Source: Methyloversatilis sp. | GTDB taxonomy: Bacteria; Pseudomonadota; Gammaproteobacteria; Burkholderiales; Rhodocyclaceae | Direction of reading: 5' to 3' | Assembly: GCA_017984755.1 (NCBI GenBank) | Contig: JAGNYW010000012.1 | Span: 9,942 to 73,941, forward strand | DNA: 64,000 bases | Shown: positions 8,223-16,816 of the stretch, in pieces | Layout: every line of letters begins with the position of its first letter | Position numbering within the stretch: position 1 is the stretch's first letter | Made by a program: the position numbers and the translations under genes | Notes under the pieces: model-generated | Told to the model about the DNA's origin: nothing | The model's database searches: none | Seen by the model: only the letters and a program-made list of their open reading frames with translations

Positions 8223-8570
8223 ATGGCCATCCCGCCAATCCCGAACGCCTCGCCACCGCTCACTCCAGCCCTCTCATCGAGCACTGGAGTGGTTGCCGTG
8301 GAGACCGGCAATGTCCGCGATAAACCGGCATCTGCGGCAACGCTTACCATCGAACAGATTGAACGGACGGTCGACGAGATCCGCCGCCAGATCGCGCCAG
8401 TGGACCAGAATTTGCTTTTCACGATTGACAAGGAAACAGGGAAGACAATCGTGAGACTCATCGATTCAAGCACCAAGGAAATCCTGCGGCAGATTCCGTC
8501 AGAGGAACTGATCGCCATCGCACGCGCACTCGGCAAGGGCCAGAGTGGCCTGATTGAGCGCAAGGCCTGA
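8223..8570 (+). CDS. flaG: FlaG-family flagellar protein
   Basis: LLFTIDKETGKTIVRLIDSSTKEILRQIPSEELIAIARAL is typical of FlaG. It lies between fliC and fliD, and AAGGGGA precedes the ATG at 8223. Confidence 0.8.
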   Translation: MAIPPIPNASPPLTPALSSSTGVVAVETGNVRDKPASAATLTIEQIERTVDEIRRQIAPVDQNLLFTIDKETGKTIVRLIDSSTKEILRQIPSEELIAIARALGKGQSGLIERKA

Positions 8571-8583
8571 GGAGCCCGGCACC

Positions 8584-10002
8584 ATGCCCATCTCCTCCGC
8601 CGGAATCGGCTCAGGCCTTGACATAGCGGGTCTCGTATCGCAGCTGATGTCGATTGAGCAGCGTCCGCTGACGCTGCTTGCCCAGAAGGAAGCCTCAGTC
8701 CAGGCAAAGATTTCCGCCTACGGTGCAATCAAGGGCTCTCTGTCGTCGCTGCAGTCTGCGGCAACAGCGATGTCCAACGAGGCAACTTTTACCGCCCGCA
8801 AGGCAGCAATTGCCAACGCCGATGTGGCAACAGTTGCCGCCACCACGGCTGCCGTTGCCGGTAGTTACTCCCTGGAGGTGAATTCGCTGGCCGAAGCGCA
8901 GGTTGTGGCGTCCGGTCAGTTCGCAGGCACCACCGCCAATGTGGGCAGCGGCACATTGACCATACAGCTGGGAAAATACAGCGCAGGAATATTCACCGCA
9001 AATCCGGACAAGACCGCCGTCAACATCAGCATCGGCAGTGACGCCGCAACGCTGGCCGATGTCCGTGACGCGATCAACGACGCCAATGCCGGCGTCACAG
9101 CATCGCTGGTCAATGACGGGATCGGCAACAGGCTGGTGCTGCGCTCCCTTGATGGCGGCACCGAGAACACGGTGAAGATCACTGCCGTCGACGACGACGG
9201 CATCCATACCGACGACGCCGGCCTGTCCCGCCTCATCTATGACGCATCTACCGGTGGCACGTCGCGGCTCACGCAGCAGGTTCCGGCTGCCGACGCAGCG
9301 CTGACGGTCAATGGCATCCCCATCACGTCGAGCACCAACACGCTGACCGACGCGATCGAGGGCGTTACCCTGAATCTCAAGAAGACGAATATAGGCAGCC
9401 CGACCATCGTTACGGTTACCAATGACACCAGCGTCGCCAAGAGCGGCGTCGAGCGCCTGGTCAAGGCCTACAACGATGCGCTGGGCGTCATCAAGACACA
9501 GACCAACTACAACACCGAGACCGATACGGCGGCCACGCTCAACGGCGAAAGCACGCTGCTCGCGTTGCGAACACGCCTTTCGGCACTGGTCACGACTTCC
9601 ATCGCGCCCGGTTTGAACCTGTCGGCCATTGGCGTCTCGGTCGAGAAGGACGGCAAGCTGGCCATAGACTCGACCAAACTCGCCACGGCGCTCGATAACG
9701 GCAACGTGCAGAAGCTTTTCCGGGGTGTCGGTGACGTGACCGGACTTGGCAAACAGATGTCGAGCCTGCTTGAGGGCGTGATTGACAGCAAGGGACTGAT
9801 CACGAGCCGAACTTCGGGCCTGACGTCGGCAGCCAAGGCACTGCAGAAGCAGAGTGAAGTCGTGTCGGACCGCCTCATCACGATCGAGGCGCGCTACCGA
9901 AAGCAATTCACTGCACTCGATTCGCTGATCAGCAACATGACGACGACCAGCAACTACCTGTCGCAGCAACTGGCGAATCTGCCGACGATTTCGTCGAGCT
10001 GA
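8584..10002 (+). CDS. fliD: flagellar filament cap protein
   Basis: MPISSAGIGSGLDIAGLVSQLMSIEQRPL... at the N-terminus and C-terminal ...RYRKQFTALDSLISNMTTTSNYLSQQL. Confidence 0.9.
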   Translation: MPISSAGIGSGLDIAGLVSQLMSIEQRPLTLLAQKEASVQAKISAYGAIKGSLSSLQSAATAMSNEATFTARKAAIANADVATVAATTAAVAGSYSLEVNSLAEAQVVASGQFAGTTANVGSGTLTIQLGKYSAGIFTANPDKTAVNISIGSDAATLADVRDAINDANAGVTASLVNDGIGNRLVLRSLDGGTENTVKITAVDDDGIHTDDAGLSRLIYDASTGGTSRLTQQVPAADAALTVNGIPITSSTNTLTDAIEGVTLNLKKTNIGSPTIVTVTNDTSVAKSGVERLVKAYNDALGVIKTQTNYNTETDTAATLNGESTLLALRTRLSALVTTSIAPGLNLSAIGVSVEKDGKLAIDSTKLATALDNGNVQKLFRGVGDVTGLGKQMSSLLEGVIDSKGLITSRTSGLTSAAKALQKQSEVVSDRLITIEARYRKQFTALDSLISNMTTTSNYLSQQLANLPTISSS

Positions 10003-10037
10003 TGCAATCACCACGAACGGGAAAAAAAGGGACTTAC

Positions 10038-10451
10038 ATGTTTGCATCGCTTTCCAATCCGCGCATGGCCTACGCACAGGTCGGCATGGAAACCCAGGTG
10101 GCCGGCGCCGACCCTCATCTGCTTATCCTGATGCTGTTCGATGGGGCATTGATGTCGGTATCGACCGCCAGCCACCAGATCGAACTGGGCGAGACGGCTG
10201 GCAAAGGCCTGTCGATTTCGCGTGCGATAGACATCATCGGAAACGGTCTGAAGGTGAGTCTCGATCTGGACGCGGGCGGCGAACTGGCGCAGCGACTGTT
10301 TGCGTTGTATGACTACATGTGTGCACGTCTGCTGCATGCCAACGCGCACAACGACCGCGCCGCGCTGGAGGAGGTCAGTCAGCTGCTTGGCGAACTGAAG
10401 GGCGCCTGGGAAGAGATCCGCCAGAAGCTTTCCCAGGGCTCGCCGATGTAG
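10038..10451 (+). CDS. fliS: flagellin-specific chaperone
   Basis: AYAQVGMETQVAGADPHLLILMLFDGAL...ISRAIDIIGNGLKVSLDLDAGGELAQRLFALYDYM matches the FliS family. Confidence 0.9.
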   Translation: MFASLSNPRMAYAQVGMETQVAGADPHLLILMLFDGALMSVSTASHQIELGETAGKGLSISRAIDIIGNGLKVSLDLDAGGELAQRLFALYDYMCARLLHANAHNDRAALEEVSQLLGELKGAWEEIRQKLSQGSPM

Positions 10452-10560
10452 GCAAACGCAGAAATTGCACGGTAAAAACCACCTACATGCAAATCTGCAG
10501 AGTCGAAACACACGGTACGCTTGCTGAATAACCGGCATCACTCGCGCGACGGTCCGACAC

Positions 10561-10860
10561 ATGAACTCCCTGCCCTTGCTAGAAGACATGCATCAGCTTT
10601 CCAGCCACATGGTGGACGCCGCGCGCGCCAATGACTGGGACAGGCTGGTCACGCTTGAACTCGATGTATCCGCGCTGCGTCAACGCATCGCGGACAATGA
10701 CGAACCGGTGGCATCGCCGGCCGAGCGCGCACGCAAGGTCGATCTGATCAGACAGATACTCGCGCATGACGCAGAAGTACGCCGACACGTCGAACCCTGG
10801 ATGGCACAGGTCAAGGTATTCCTGGGCAAGCTGCCGGCAGGCAAGGCGGAGAACGCCTGA
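10561..10860 (+). CDS. fliT: FliT-like flagellar export chaperone
   Basis: 99 aa and helical, with NDWDRLVTLELDVSALRQRI resembling the FliT WD..L core. It sits after fliS. Confidence 0.6.
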   Translation: MNSLPLLEDMHQLSSHMVDAARANDWDRLVTLELDVSALRQRIADNDEPVASPAERARKVDLIRQILAHDAEVRRHVEPWMAQVKVFLGKLPAGKAENA

Positions 10861-10867
10861 GCACGGC

Positions 10868-12040
10868 ATGAATCAACTGCTGCCGGGCATCTCGCAACGT
10901 CTCGCGGAACTGACCCGCAGCGCGGTACAGCTGACCGGCCCGGTCAGCCCGCTCGGCGAGCAATTGCCCGACTTTCAACCGGGCGAGCGGTACACCGCGC
11001 AGATCCTGCAGAATCTTCAGGACGGAAAGGCCCGGGCACAGGTTGCCGGCCAGATGGTCACGCTGCAGCTGCCGCAGGGCGCACGCGAGGGCAGCACGGT
11101 CACGCTCACGCATGTCGGGCGGAGCGCACAGACGCTCATCGCCACCATGGAGCCGGAAAGCCACGATGCGCCGGACAGCCCCGTACAGCTGAGCCAGTCA
11201 GCACGAACCATCGGGGCGCTGCTGGACCAGCCGCAACCCGCACCCGCCAGACTGGTGGCCGGTCAGCCATTGATTGAACCCACGGTGACGAGTGCAGGCG
11301 TTCAGGCGAGCCCGGACACACCCACACCGGTCATCGCGGGCCGGCTCGCCACGGCCATCGGCCAGAGCGGTCTTTTCTACGAATCGCATCAGGCGCAGTG
11401 GGTCAACGGTGAACGCAACATCGAATCCACTGCTGCCGAACCGCAACGCAGCTTCGACCCGGCCCAGGCGGTCAGGATTCGGGCGCCTATACCCGACATG
11501 GCCGGCACGCCGGTACCGGCGAATACGAACACCCGTGGCGAAATCACCGACCCTGCCATCCGGGAACGCATGGAGCTGATCAAGCCCGATGCAGGACCGC
11601 CCGGAGAGCTCCGTCAGCTGGTGCAGAACCAGTTGCTCGGACTGTCACAGCACACGCTGGCGTGGGAAGGCCTGGCCTGGCCGGGTCAGATGATGAAGAT
11701 AGAAATCGACGACCCGCGCGGCGATCCGCGCGAACCGGACAGCGACCGGAGCGACGAGGCGACCGCCGACGTTCCCTGGACGTCACGACTGCGTCTCGTG
11801 CTGCCGGGTCTGGGCGAGGTCGAAACATCGCTTACCCTGTGGCGCGACCACGGCCTCGCAGTGAATTTTTCAAGCGATCCGGAGGCCCGCCTGCACATGG
11901 GTGCCGCATTGATGGAACTCCAGCAGCGGATGACCGATGCCGGTCTGCGGCTCGGGGCGGTCAGCTTCGCCGACACAGTGGCGGAAAGCGCCGAATTGCG
12001 GGCTGCGCATGCAGCAGATGATGGAGCACGAGGCGCATGA
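10868..12040 (+). CDS. FliK-like (hook-length control C-terminal domain) protein, second copy in window
   Basis: The C-terminus RLRLVLPGLGEVETSLTLWRDHGLAVNFSSDPEARLHMGAALMELQQRMTDAGLRLGAVSF follows the Flg_hook/FliK C-domain pattern. The middle of the protein is Pro/Gln-rich. Confidence 0.6.
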   Translation: MNQLLPGISQRLAELTRSAVQLTGPVSPLGEQLPDFQPGERYTAQILQNLQDGKARAQVAGQMVTLQLPQGAREGSTVTLTHVGRSAQTLIATMEPESHDAPDSPVQLSQSARTIGALLDQPQPAPARLVAGQPLIEPTVTSAGVQASPDTPTPVIAGRLATAIGQSGLFYESHQAQWVNGERNIESTAAEPQRSFDPAQAVRIRAPIPDMAGTPVPANTNTRGEITDPAIRERMELIKPDAGPPGELRQLVQNQLLGLSQHTLAWEGLAWPGQMMKIEIDDPRGDPREPDSDRSDEATADVPWTSRLRLVLPGLGEVETSLTLWRDHGLAVNFSSDPEARLHMGAALMELQQRMTDAGLRLGAVSFADTVAESAELRAAHAADDGARGA

Positions 12041-12330
12041 CCGCATCTCCGCGCGCACAGGCGGTCGCCATGGCGTATGGCGCGGGGGACGCGGCCCCGC
12101 GTGTGGTGGCCAAGGGTCGTGGCCTGCTGGCCGACGAAATCATCCGGCGCGCACGCGAAGCCGGCGTGTTCGTTCATGAATCCCGCGAAATGGTTGCGCT
12201 TCTGATGGGCCTGGATCTGGATCAGCGCATCCCGCCGGAGCTCTATGTCGCAGTGGCCGAATTGCTTGCATGGATCTATCGTGTCGAAAGAGGATTCAAT
12301 TGCGCCCCGCCGGATGCAGTCAAACCATGA
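12037..12330 (+). CDS. free-standing FlhB C-terminal (FlhB-CC / FlhX / YlqH-like) domain protein
   Basis: AVAMAYGAGDAAPRVVAKGRGLLADEIIRRAREAGVFVHESREMVALLMGLDLDQRIPPELYVAVAELLAWIY equals the part of FlhB after the NPTH site. There are no TM segments and no NPTH motif. The ATG overlaps the upstream stop (ATGA). Confidence 0.75.
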   Translation: MTASPRAQAVAMAYGAGDAAPRVVAKGRGLLADEIIRRAREAGVFVHESREMVALLMGLDLDQRIPPELYVAVAELLAWIYRVERGFNCAPPDAVKP

Positions 12331-12400
12331 ATCACGTATTCCGAATCACCCGGCTGCTGTCCGTAGCAGCGGAGCCGGTCTTCAGACAGGAAGCACTAAA

Positions 12401-13156
12401 ATGACCGAAGACATCCGCTTCGATCTGGTCGAAGCCGACGACTTTGCACGCTATGTTCTCGATGGTCAGACCGACATCGTCTTCTACCTTCGCGCGATGA
12501 AGGATCGCAAGGCGAACGTGTCGGTCTATGCCGGGCGCGCGAACGAATCCTTCCTGACTGCGCTGCTCGCCATCGACGAACAGCGCGGTGTGGTGGTGTT
12601 CGACGCTCCGCGCGATGAAAAGCTGATGGAACGGTCTGCCAGGTCTGCGCCGCTGGTATTCCTCACTTCGCTCGAGCGGGTGAAGATCCAGTTCATGGTG
12701 CCGCGTTGCACGCTGGTCGAATTCGAGGGCAGCCCGGCGTTCGAAATACCGCTGCCCACACGCATGCTACGTCTGCAGCGACGTGACTACTATCGATTGA
12801 TACTGCCTCCGAATCCGCGACTGCGCTGCCTCATTCCGACCGGCGAAAGCGGCGGGCGCATGGTGGAAGCCACGATCGTGGATATCTCGGGCGGCGGGCT
12901 GGCGGTCGTCGCGCCACCGAGCAGCCTCAGTCTTTCGGTCGATAGCCTGATCGACAACTGTCAGATCACCTTGCCCGAAGTCGGCACGATTTCCGCCACC
13001 CTGCAGGTCCGAAACGTGTTCCGCGTCACCGAGCGCGGAGGCACGGAACTGCGTGCCGGCTGCCAGTTCATCGGTTTGCCGGGCAGTGCCGATGCGCTGA
13101 TACAGCGCTACATCCTGCGCATGGAGAAGGAGCGCGCGGATCCGCAGGACGCGTAG
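12401..13156 (+). CDS. ycgR: flagellar brake protein YcgR (PilZN plus PilZ, c-di-GMP receptor)
   Basis: The N-terminal YcgR domain (ILDGQTDIVFYLRAMKDRKANVSVY) is present. The PilZ motifs are QRRDYYR (RxxxR) and DISGGG (DxSxxG). Confidence 0.8.
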   Translation: MTEDIRFDLVEADDFARYVLDGQTDIVFYLRAMKDRKANVSVYAGRANESFLTALLAIDEQRGVVVFDAPRDEKLMERSARSAPLVFLTSLERVKIQFMVPRCTLVEFEGSPAFEIPLPTRMLRLQRRDYYRLILPPNPRLRCLIPTGESGGRMVEATIVDISGGGLAVVAPPSSLSLSVDSLIDNCQITLPEVGTISATLQVRNVFRVTERGGTELRAGCQFIGLPGSADALIQRYILRMEKERADPQDA

Positions 13157-13331
13157 CCGCTGCTGAATCGTTTCCCCGTTGATGCCGAGCCCCCGGCAAC
13201 GGCGCAGGACGATGCAGAGTGCCCCATGTTTTCGTTGTCGAAGCATCAGGTCAGGCGTTATAAGGTCGGAACCCTGAAGCCGCCTCACACCATGCGACGC
13301 GGCACGGCAACTGTTCGCGGAGGCACGTGGC

Positions 13332-14534
13332 ATGTTGAATGAAATTCAGTCGCTGCTGCCGCATGGTTACTGCTTTTCCTGGCAGAAGGATCTCTTGTCG
13401 CTGCACGCGGTGGCCAACATCCTCATCGCGGTCGCCTACTTCACGATTCCAGTCACCCTGTGGACCTTCGTGCGCCGCCGCGCGGATCTGCGCTTCAGCG
13501 GCATCTTCGTGATGTTCGGTCTGTTCATCATGGCCTGCGGCGTGACGCACGTGATGGACGTATGGACGCTCTGGTATCCGGATTTCTGGCTCGACGGCTG
13601 GTTGCGCCTCCTTACCGCCGTGGTGTCCATCGCCACCGCGGTCGTGCTCTGGCGCCTCGTGCCGGTCGCGCTGACACTGCCCAGTCCGGACGCGCTGAAA
13701 CAGGCGAATGAAGAACTGCGTGCTGAAATCGCGCGACGCCAGGCCTACGAAGATGAACTGCGCGCCGTGAATGAGCGGATGAAGCGCCAGATCGATGAAC
13801 TCGAATCGCTCTCGTACGCCATCTCGCACGACGTACGCGGACCACTTCGCCACATCGAAGGCTTCGCCCGCGTGCTGGCCGACAACTATCCGCCGCCTGA
13901 AGGGCATCCGGCACATCGGTACATCGATCGGATTCGCTCATCGGTACGCCATCTGAGCAATATCGTCGAAGGCCTGCTTGCCTTTTCCCGTGCCAGCCGG
14001 AGCGAAATGCATTTTGAGTGCTGCGACACCGGTCGCCTGGTTGCCGAGGTAATGGAAGAACTCGCTCCGGATATGGAAAACCGCCTCATCGATTTGCGGG
14101 TAGGCACGCTGCCCGACATTCAGGCGGATCCGAAGCTCATGTACCAAGTGTTCTACAACGTGATCGCGAACGCCGTGAAATACACGCGCGACCGGAATCC
14201 GGCCGTGATCGAAATCGACTGCATCGAAGAGAACGCGACCCGCGCAGTCATCCGCGTGCGGGACAACGGCGCCGGTTTCGACATGCAGTACGCCGGAAAA
14301 CTTTTCGGCGTATTCCAGCGCCTGCATCACACCGACGAATTCGAAGGTACAGGCATCGGTCTTGCAAACGTACGCCGCATCGTCGAGCGCCATGGCGGCA
14401 AGGTGTGGGCAGACGGAGCGGTCGGAACCGGCGCGAGCTTCTTCCTCTCATTAGGCCGCCACACATCGGCAGTGATGGAAAATACGCAGACGACACATAA
14501 CAACGGAGCGAGCGATGTCCCTGCACTTGCGTGA
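13332..14534 (+). CDS. membrane histidine kinase with an ETR1-like (ethylene-binding-type) three-helix N-terminal domain
   Basis: Residues 20-111 form three TM helices that align to the ETR1 ethylene-binding domain (IAVAYFTIP...FIMACGVTH...LLTAVVSIATAVVL). A coiled coil follows, then the HisKA H-box SYAISHDVRGPLRHI and the HATPase N/G boxes (NAVKYT, DNGAGFD, GTGIGLA). GGAGG lies 10 nt upstream. Confidence 0.85.
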   Translation: MLNEIQSLLPHGYCFSWQKDLLSLHAVANILIAVAYFTIPVTLWTFVRRRADLRFSGIFVMFGLFIMACGVTHVMDVWTLWYPDFWLDGWLRLLTAVVSIATAVVLWRLVPVALTLPSPDALKQANEELRAEIARRQAYEDELRAVNERMKRQIDELESLSYAISHDVRGPLRHIEGFARVLADNYPPPEGHPAHRYIDRIRSSVRHLSNIVEGLLAFSRASRSEMHFECCDTGRLVAEVMEELAPDMENRLIDLRVGTLPDIQADPKLMYQVFYNVIANAVKYTRDRNPAVIEIDCIEENATRAVIRVRDNGAGFDMQYAGKLFGVFQRLHHTDEFEGTGIGLANVRRIVERHGGKVWADGAVGTGASFFLSLGRHTSAVMENTQTTHNNGASDVPALA

Positions 14535-14958
14535 CATTCTGGTTGTCGACGACAACGAGAACGATGTCGAACTGATGCTGCTCAGCCTGAGCGGCATCAA
14601 GCTTGCCAACACGATCACGGTGGTACGCGACGGCGTCGAGGGGCTGGACTACCTTTACCGACGCGGCCGCTTCGCGGATCGCCTCGGCGACCCCCCGTTA
14701 TTCATGCTGCTCGACCTCAACATGCCACGCATGGGCGGCATCGAAATGCTGATGGAAATGCGCCGCGACGACAGTCTGCGGACACTGCCGGTCGTCATCA
14801 TGACCTCGTCGCGCGAGGATCCCGACCTGCGACGTTGTTACGACCTGGGTATCAATGCGTACGTGGTCAAACCGGTCGATTTCGACCAGTTTTCACGTAC
14901 CGTCGCCAACCTGGGGGTCTTCTGGGCGCTGATCAACGAGCCGCCGCCCAGGGTTTGA
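14515..14958 (+). CDS. single-domain (CheY/Rcp1-like) response regulator
   Basis: ILVVDDNENDVELM...FMLLDLNMPRMGG...VVIMTSSREDPD...INAYVVKPVDFDQF. It has no output domain and overlaps the kinase 3' end by 20 nt. Confidence 0.85.
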   Translation: MSLHLRDILVVDDNENDVELMLLSLSGIKLANTITVVRDGVEGLDYLYRRGRFADRLGDPPLFMLLDLNMPRMGGIEMLMEMRRDDSLRTLPVVIMTSSREDPDLRRCYDLGINAYVVKPVDFDQFSRTVANLGVFWALINEPPPRV

Positions 14959-15097
14959 CCCGACACCCGCCCGCTTTTTTTCCTCGAAGTTCGGCAGCAC
15001 CTGCATCCGGTTCTGGCTCTGTCGAGTAGACACCGGTACGAAGCGCTCTCGACGCGTGCGCTCGTCCGTTTCCAACCGTCTACAGCAGAGGTCAGAC

Positions 15098-15982
15098 ATG
15101 TATTCGAAATTCCTCATTGCAGCCGCCTCGACCGCAGCCATGGCACACACCCCCGCCATCGCCGCGGATTTCGTCGGTCTGACAACCGGCAACCAGGTCG
15201 GTACTTTCAGCAGCGACAACACGGTTGAGGCAAGCTTCATGAGCATCAGCGGGCTCGGCACCGGTGAGCGGATGCTCGGCATCGATCTGCGTCCGAGTGA
15301 CAACATGATCTATGGCGTGAGCAGCCTGAACCGCATCTACACCCTGAATGCAGGCACCGGTCAGGCAAGCTTCGTGTCCGTGCTGGACACCCCGGTGGTT
15401 AATGCAGCGCTGTCCTACGGCATCGACTTCAATCCGGTAGCTGACTTCGCTGGCGCGGCTTCGCTGCGCTATGTCAGCAGCACCGGCAACAACTACGCGA
15501 TCAACGCAGATACCGGAGCCGTCGGCAACGCAGCCAGCTCGATTGGCGCGGGATTCAGCGGAATCGCCTATACCGGGTCGGATGCTGCGCAGACCAGCCG
15601 CCCGGCCTCGACCTCGCTGTATTACATCAACACGATGACGGACACGCTGCAGATCGCGCCATCCGCCTTCAATGCACCGACCATCACCACTGTCGGATCG
15701 CTTGGCATTTCCGGCAATGTTATCGGTGCCAACGGCTTCGACATCGATGCCTTCGGCATGGGGTGGGCCGCGCTGACGCTCGACAACGGCGACAGCGGCC
15801 TCTACCGGATCGATCTCGCGACCGGTCTGGCAACATTCGGCGGCGCGTTGAATGCCAACCTGCGAGGATTCACCGCTGCGCCTTTCATGGCGCCCGTCCC
15901 CGAACCGGAAACCTGGGGCATGCTGCTCGCCGGCATCGGCCTGCTCGGGGTGATCGCGCGCCGCCGGCCTGGTCAGGGCTGA
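15098..15982 (+). CDS. secreted DUF4394-like protein with a PEP-CTERM sorting signal
   Basis: Signal peptide MYSKFLIAAASTAAMAHTPAIA. MLGIDLRPSDNMIYGVSSLNRIYTLN is a DUF4394-type repeat. The C-terminus VPEPETWGMLLAGIGLLGVIARRR is PEP-CTERM. Confidence 0.7.
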   Translation: MYSKFLIAAASTAAMAHTPAIAADFVGLTTGNQVGTFSSDNTVEASFMSISGLGTGERMLGIDLRPSDNMIYGVSSLNRIYTLNAGTGQASFVSVLDTPVVNAALSYGIDFNPVADFAGAASLRYVSSTGNNYAINADTGAVGNAASSIGAGFSGIAYTGSDAAQTSRPASTSLYYINTMTDTLQIAPSAFNAPTITTVGSLGISGNVIGANGFDIDAFGMGWAALTLDNGDSGLYRIDLATGLATFGGALNANLRGFTAAPFMAPVPEPETWGMLLAGIGLLGVIARRRPGQG

Positions 15983-16095
15983 CGCATCCCAGGCGCCGCC
16001 GCGCCGGCCCTGTCCCGTCATGGCGTTGACTTCCGACAATAAGCATCTTGGAAGAAGCTGCGAGGCTCGCATTTCGTCATGCGGAGAACCTCGCC

Positions 16096-16425
16096 ATGAA
16101 TCAGCCGTCACGCCTCATCTCGATCGCACTCGCACTCGCAATCATCAATCCGGCGCAGCCCGCAGCGGCCAACCCGCAACTGGCCGAAGACAAACAGTGC
16201 CTGAAGTGTCACCAGATGGACAAGGACACGATCGGTCCATCCATGCGCGCCATCGCCGACCGTTACGCCAGCAGACCGGAAGCTTTCGACATGCTGGTCA
16301 GTCGCGTGAAGACCGGCGGCTGGGGACACTGGGGCGACACGATGATGCCGCCACGCACCGAGTACATCAAACCCAGCGACGATGAAGCAGCCGAACTGGT
16401 GCGCTGGATACTCCGGCAGCGTTAG
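16096..16425 (+). CDS. periplasmic monohaem cytochrome c (c551/c552-like)
   Basis: Signal peptide MNQPSRLISIALALAIINPAQPAAA, haem motif CLKCH, and distal ligand region GDTMMPP. Confidence 0.75.
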   Translation: MNQPSRLISIALALAIINPAQPAAANPQLAEDKQCLKCHQMDKDTIGPSMRAIADRYASRPEAFDMLVSRVKTGGWGHWGDTMMPPRTEYIKPSDDEAAELVRWILRQR

Positions 16426-16458
16426 CGCCTGCTGGTCTCGTTTAAGCCGGGCAAGCCG

Positions 16459-16749
16459 CTATGAGCCAACGAGCGGTATCGCACGCTGCGACGAAACGAA
16501 AATGAGCGCATCGGACAGGGCGACGACATCGTGTTCCTCACCGGATTCGGTGAACAGATAATCGCCCTCGCCCAGCTCCACACCTCCGACGCGCCCCCTC
16601 CCCGCGAGCACGAGTACGTCTTCGCCGCCTTCGTGTGCGTGGCGGGGAAAGCGAGCATCGGCATTCAGACGGACAAGCGATGTGCGCCCACCCGCGTCGT
16701 TGCTGCGGAAAAGGCTGCGTTCGATGCCGGCGTGACCGTTCACCTGCAT
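16459..16749 (-). CDS. small cupin-domain protein
   Basis: 96 aa. FPRHAHEGGEDVLVLAGRGRVGGVELGEGDYLFTESGEEH fits the cupin motifs. It lies directly downstream of the MBL gene on the same strand. Confidence 0.6.
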   Translation of the reverse strand: MQVNGHAGIERSLFRSNDAGGRTSLVRLNADARFPRHAHEGGEDVLVLAGRGRVGGVELGEGDYLFTESGEEHDVVALSDALIFVSSQRAIPLVGS

Positions 16750-16816
16750 CCATATCTCCTGTCACGGTTGCATCGGAACCATCCGGCTACGCCATGGGAA
16801 TGGTCCGCAGACGCCT

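Noticed and set aside
12320-12347. Possible sigma-28 promoter for ycgR (TCAAACCA-N12-TCCGAATC)
   Set aside because: Only about half of the positions match and the spacer is 12 rather than 11. It could be real, since ycgR is sigma-28-dependent in E. coli, but the sequence alone does not support a call.
13225-13341. 38-aa basic ORF (MFSLSKHQVRRYKVG...) overlapping the start of the ETR1-like kinase
   Set aside because: It has no ribosome-binding site and no recognisable family. It is short and overlaps the kinase start, so it is likely a chance ORF.
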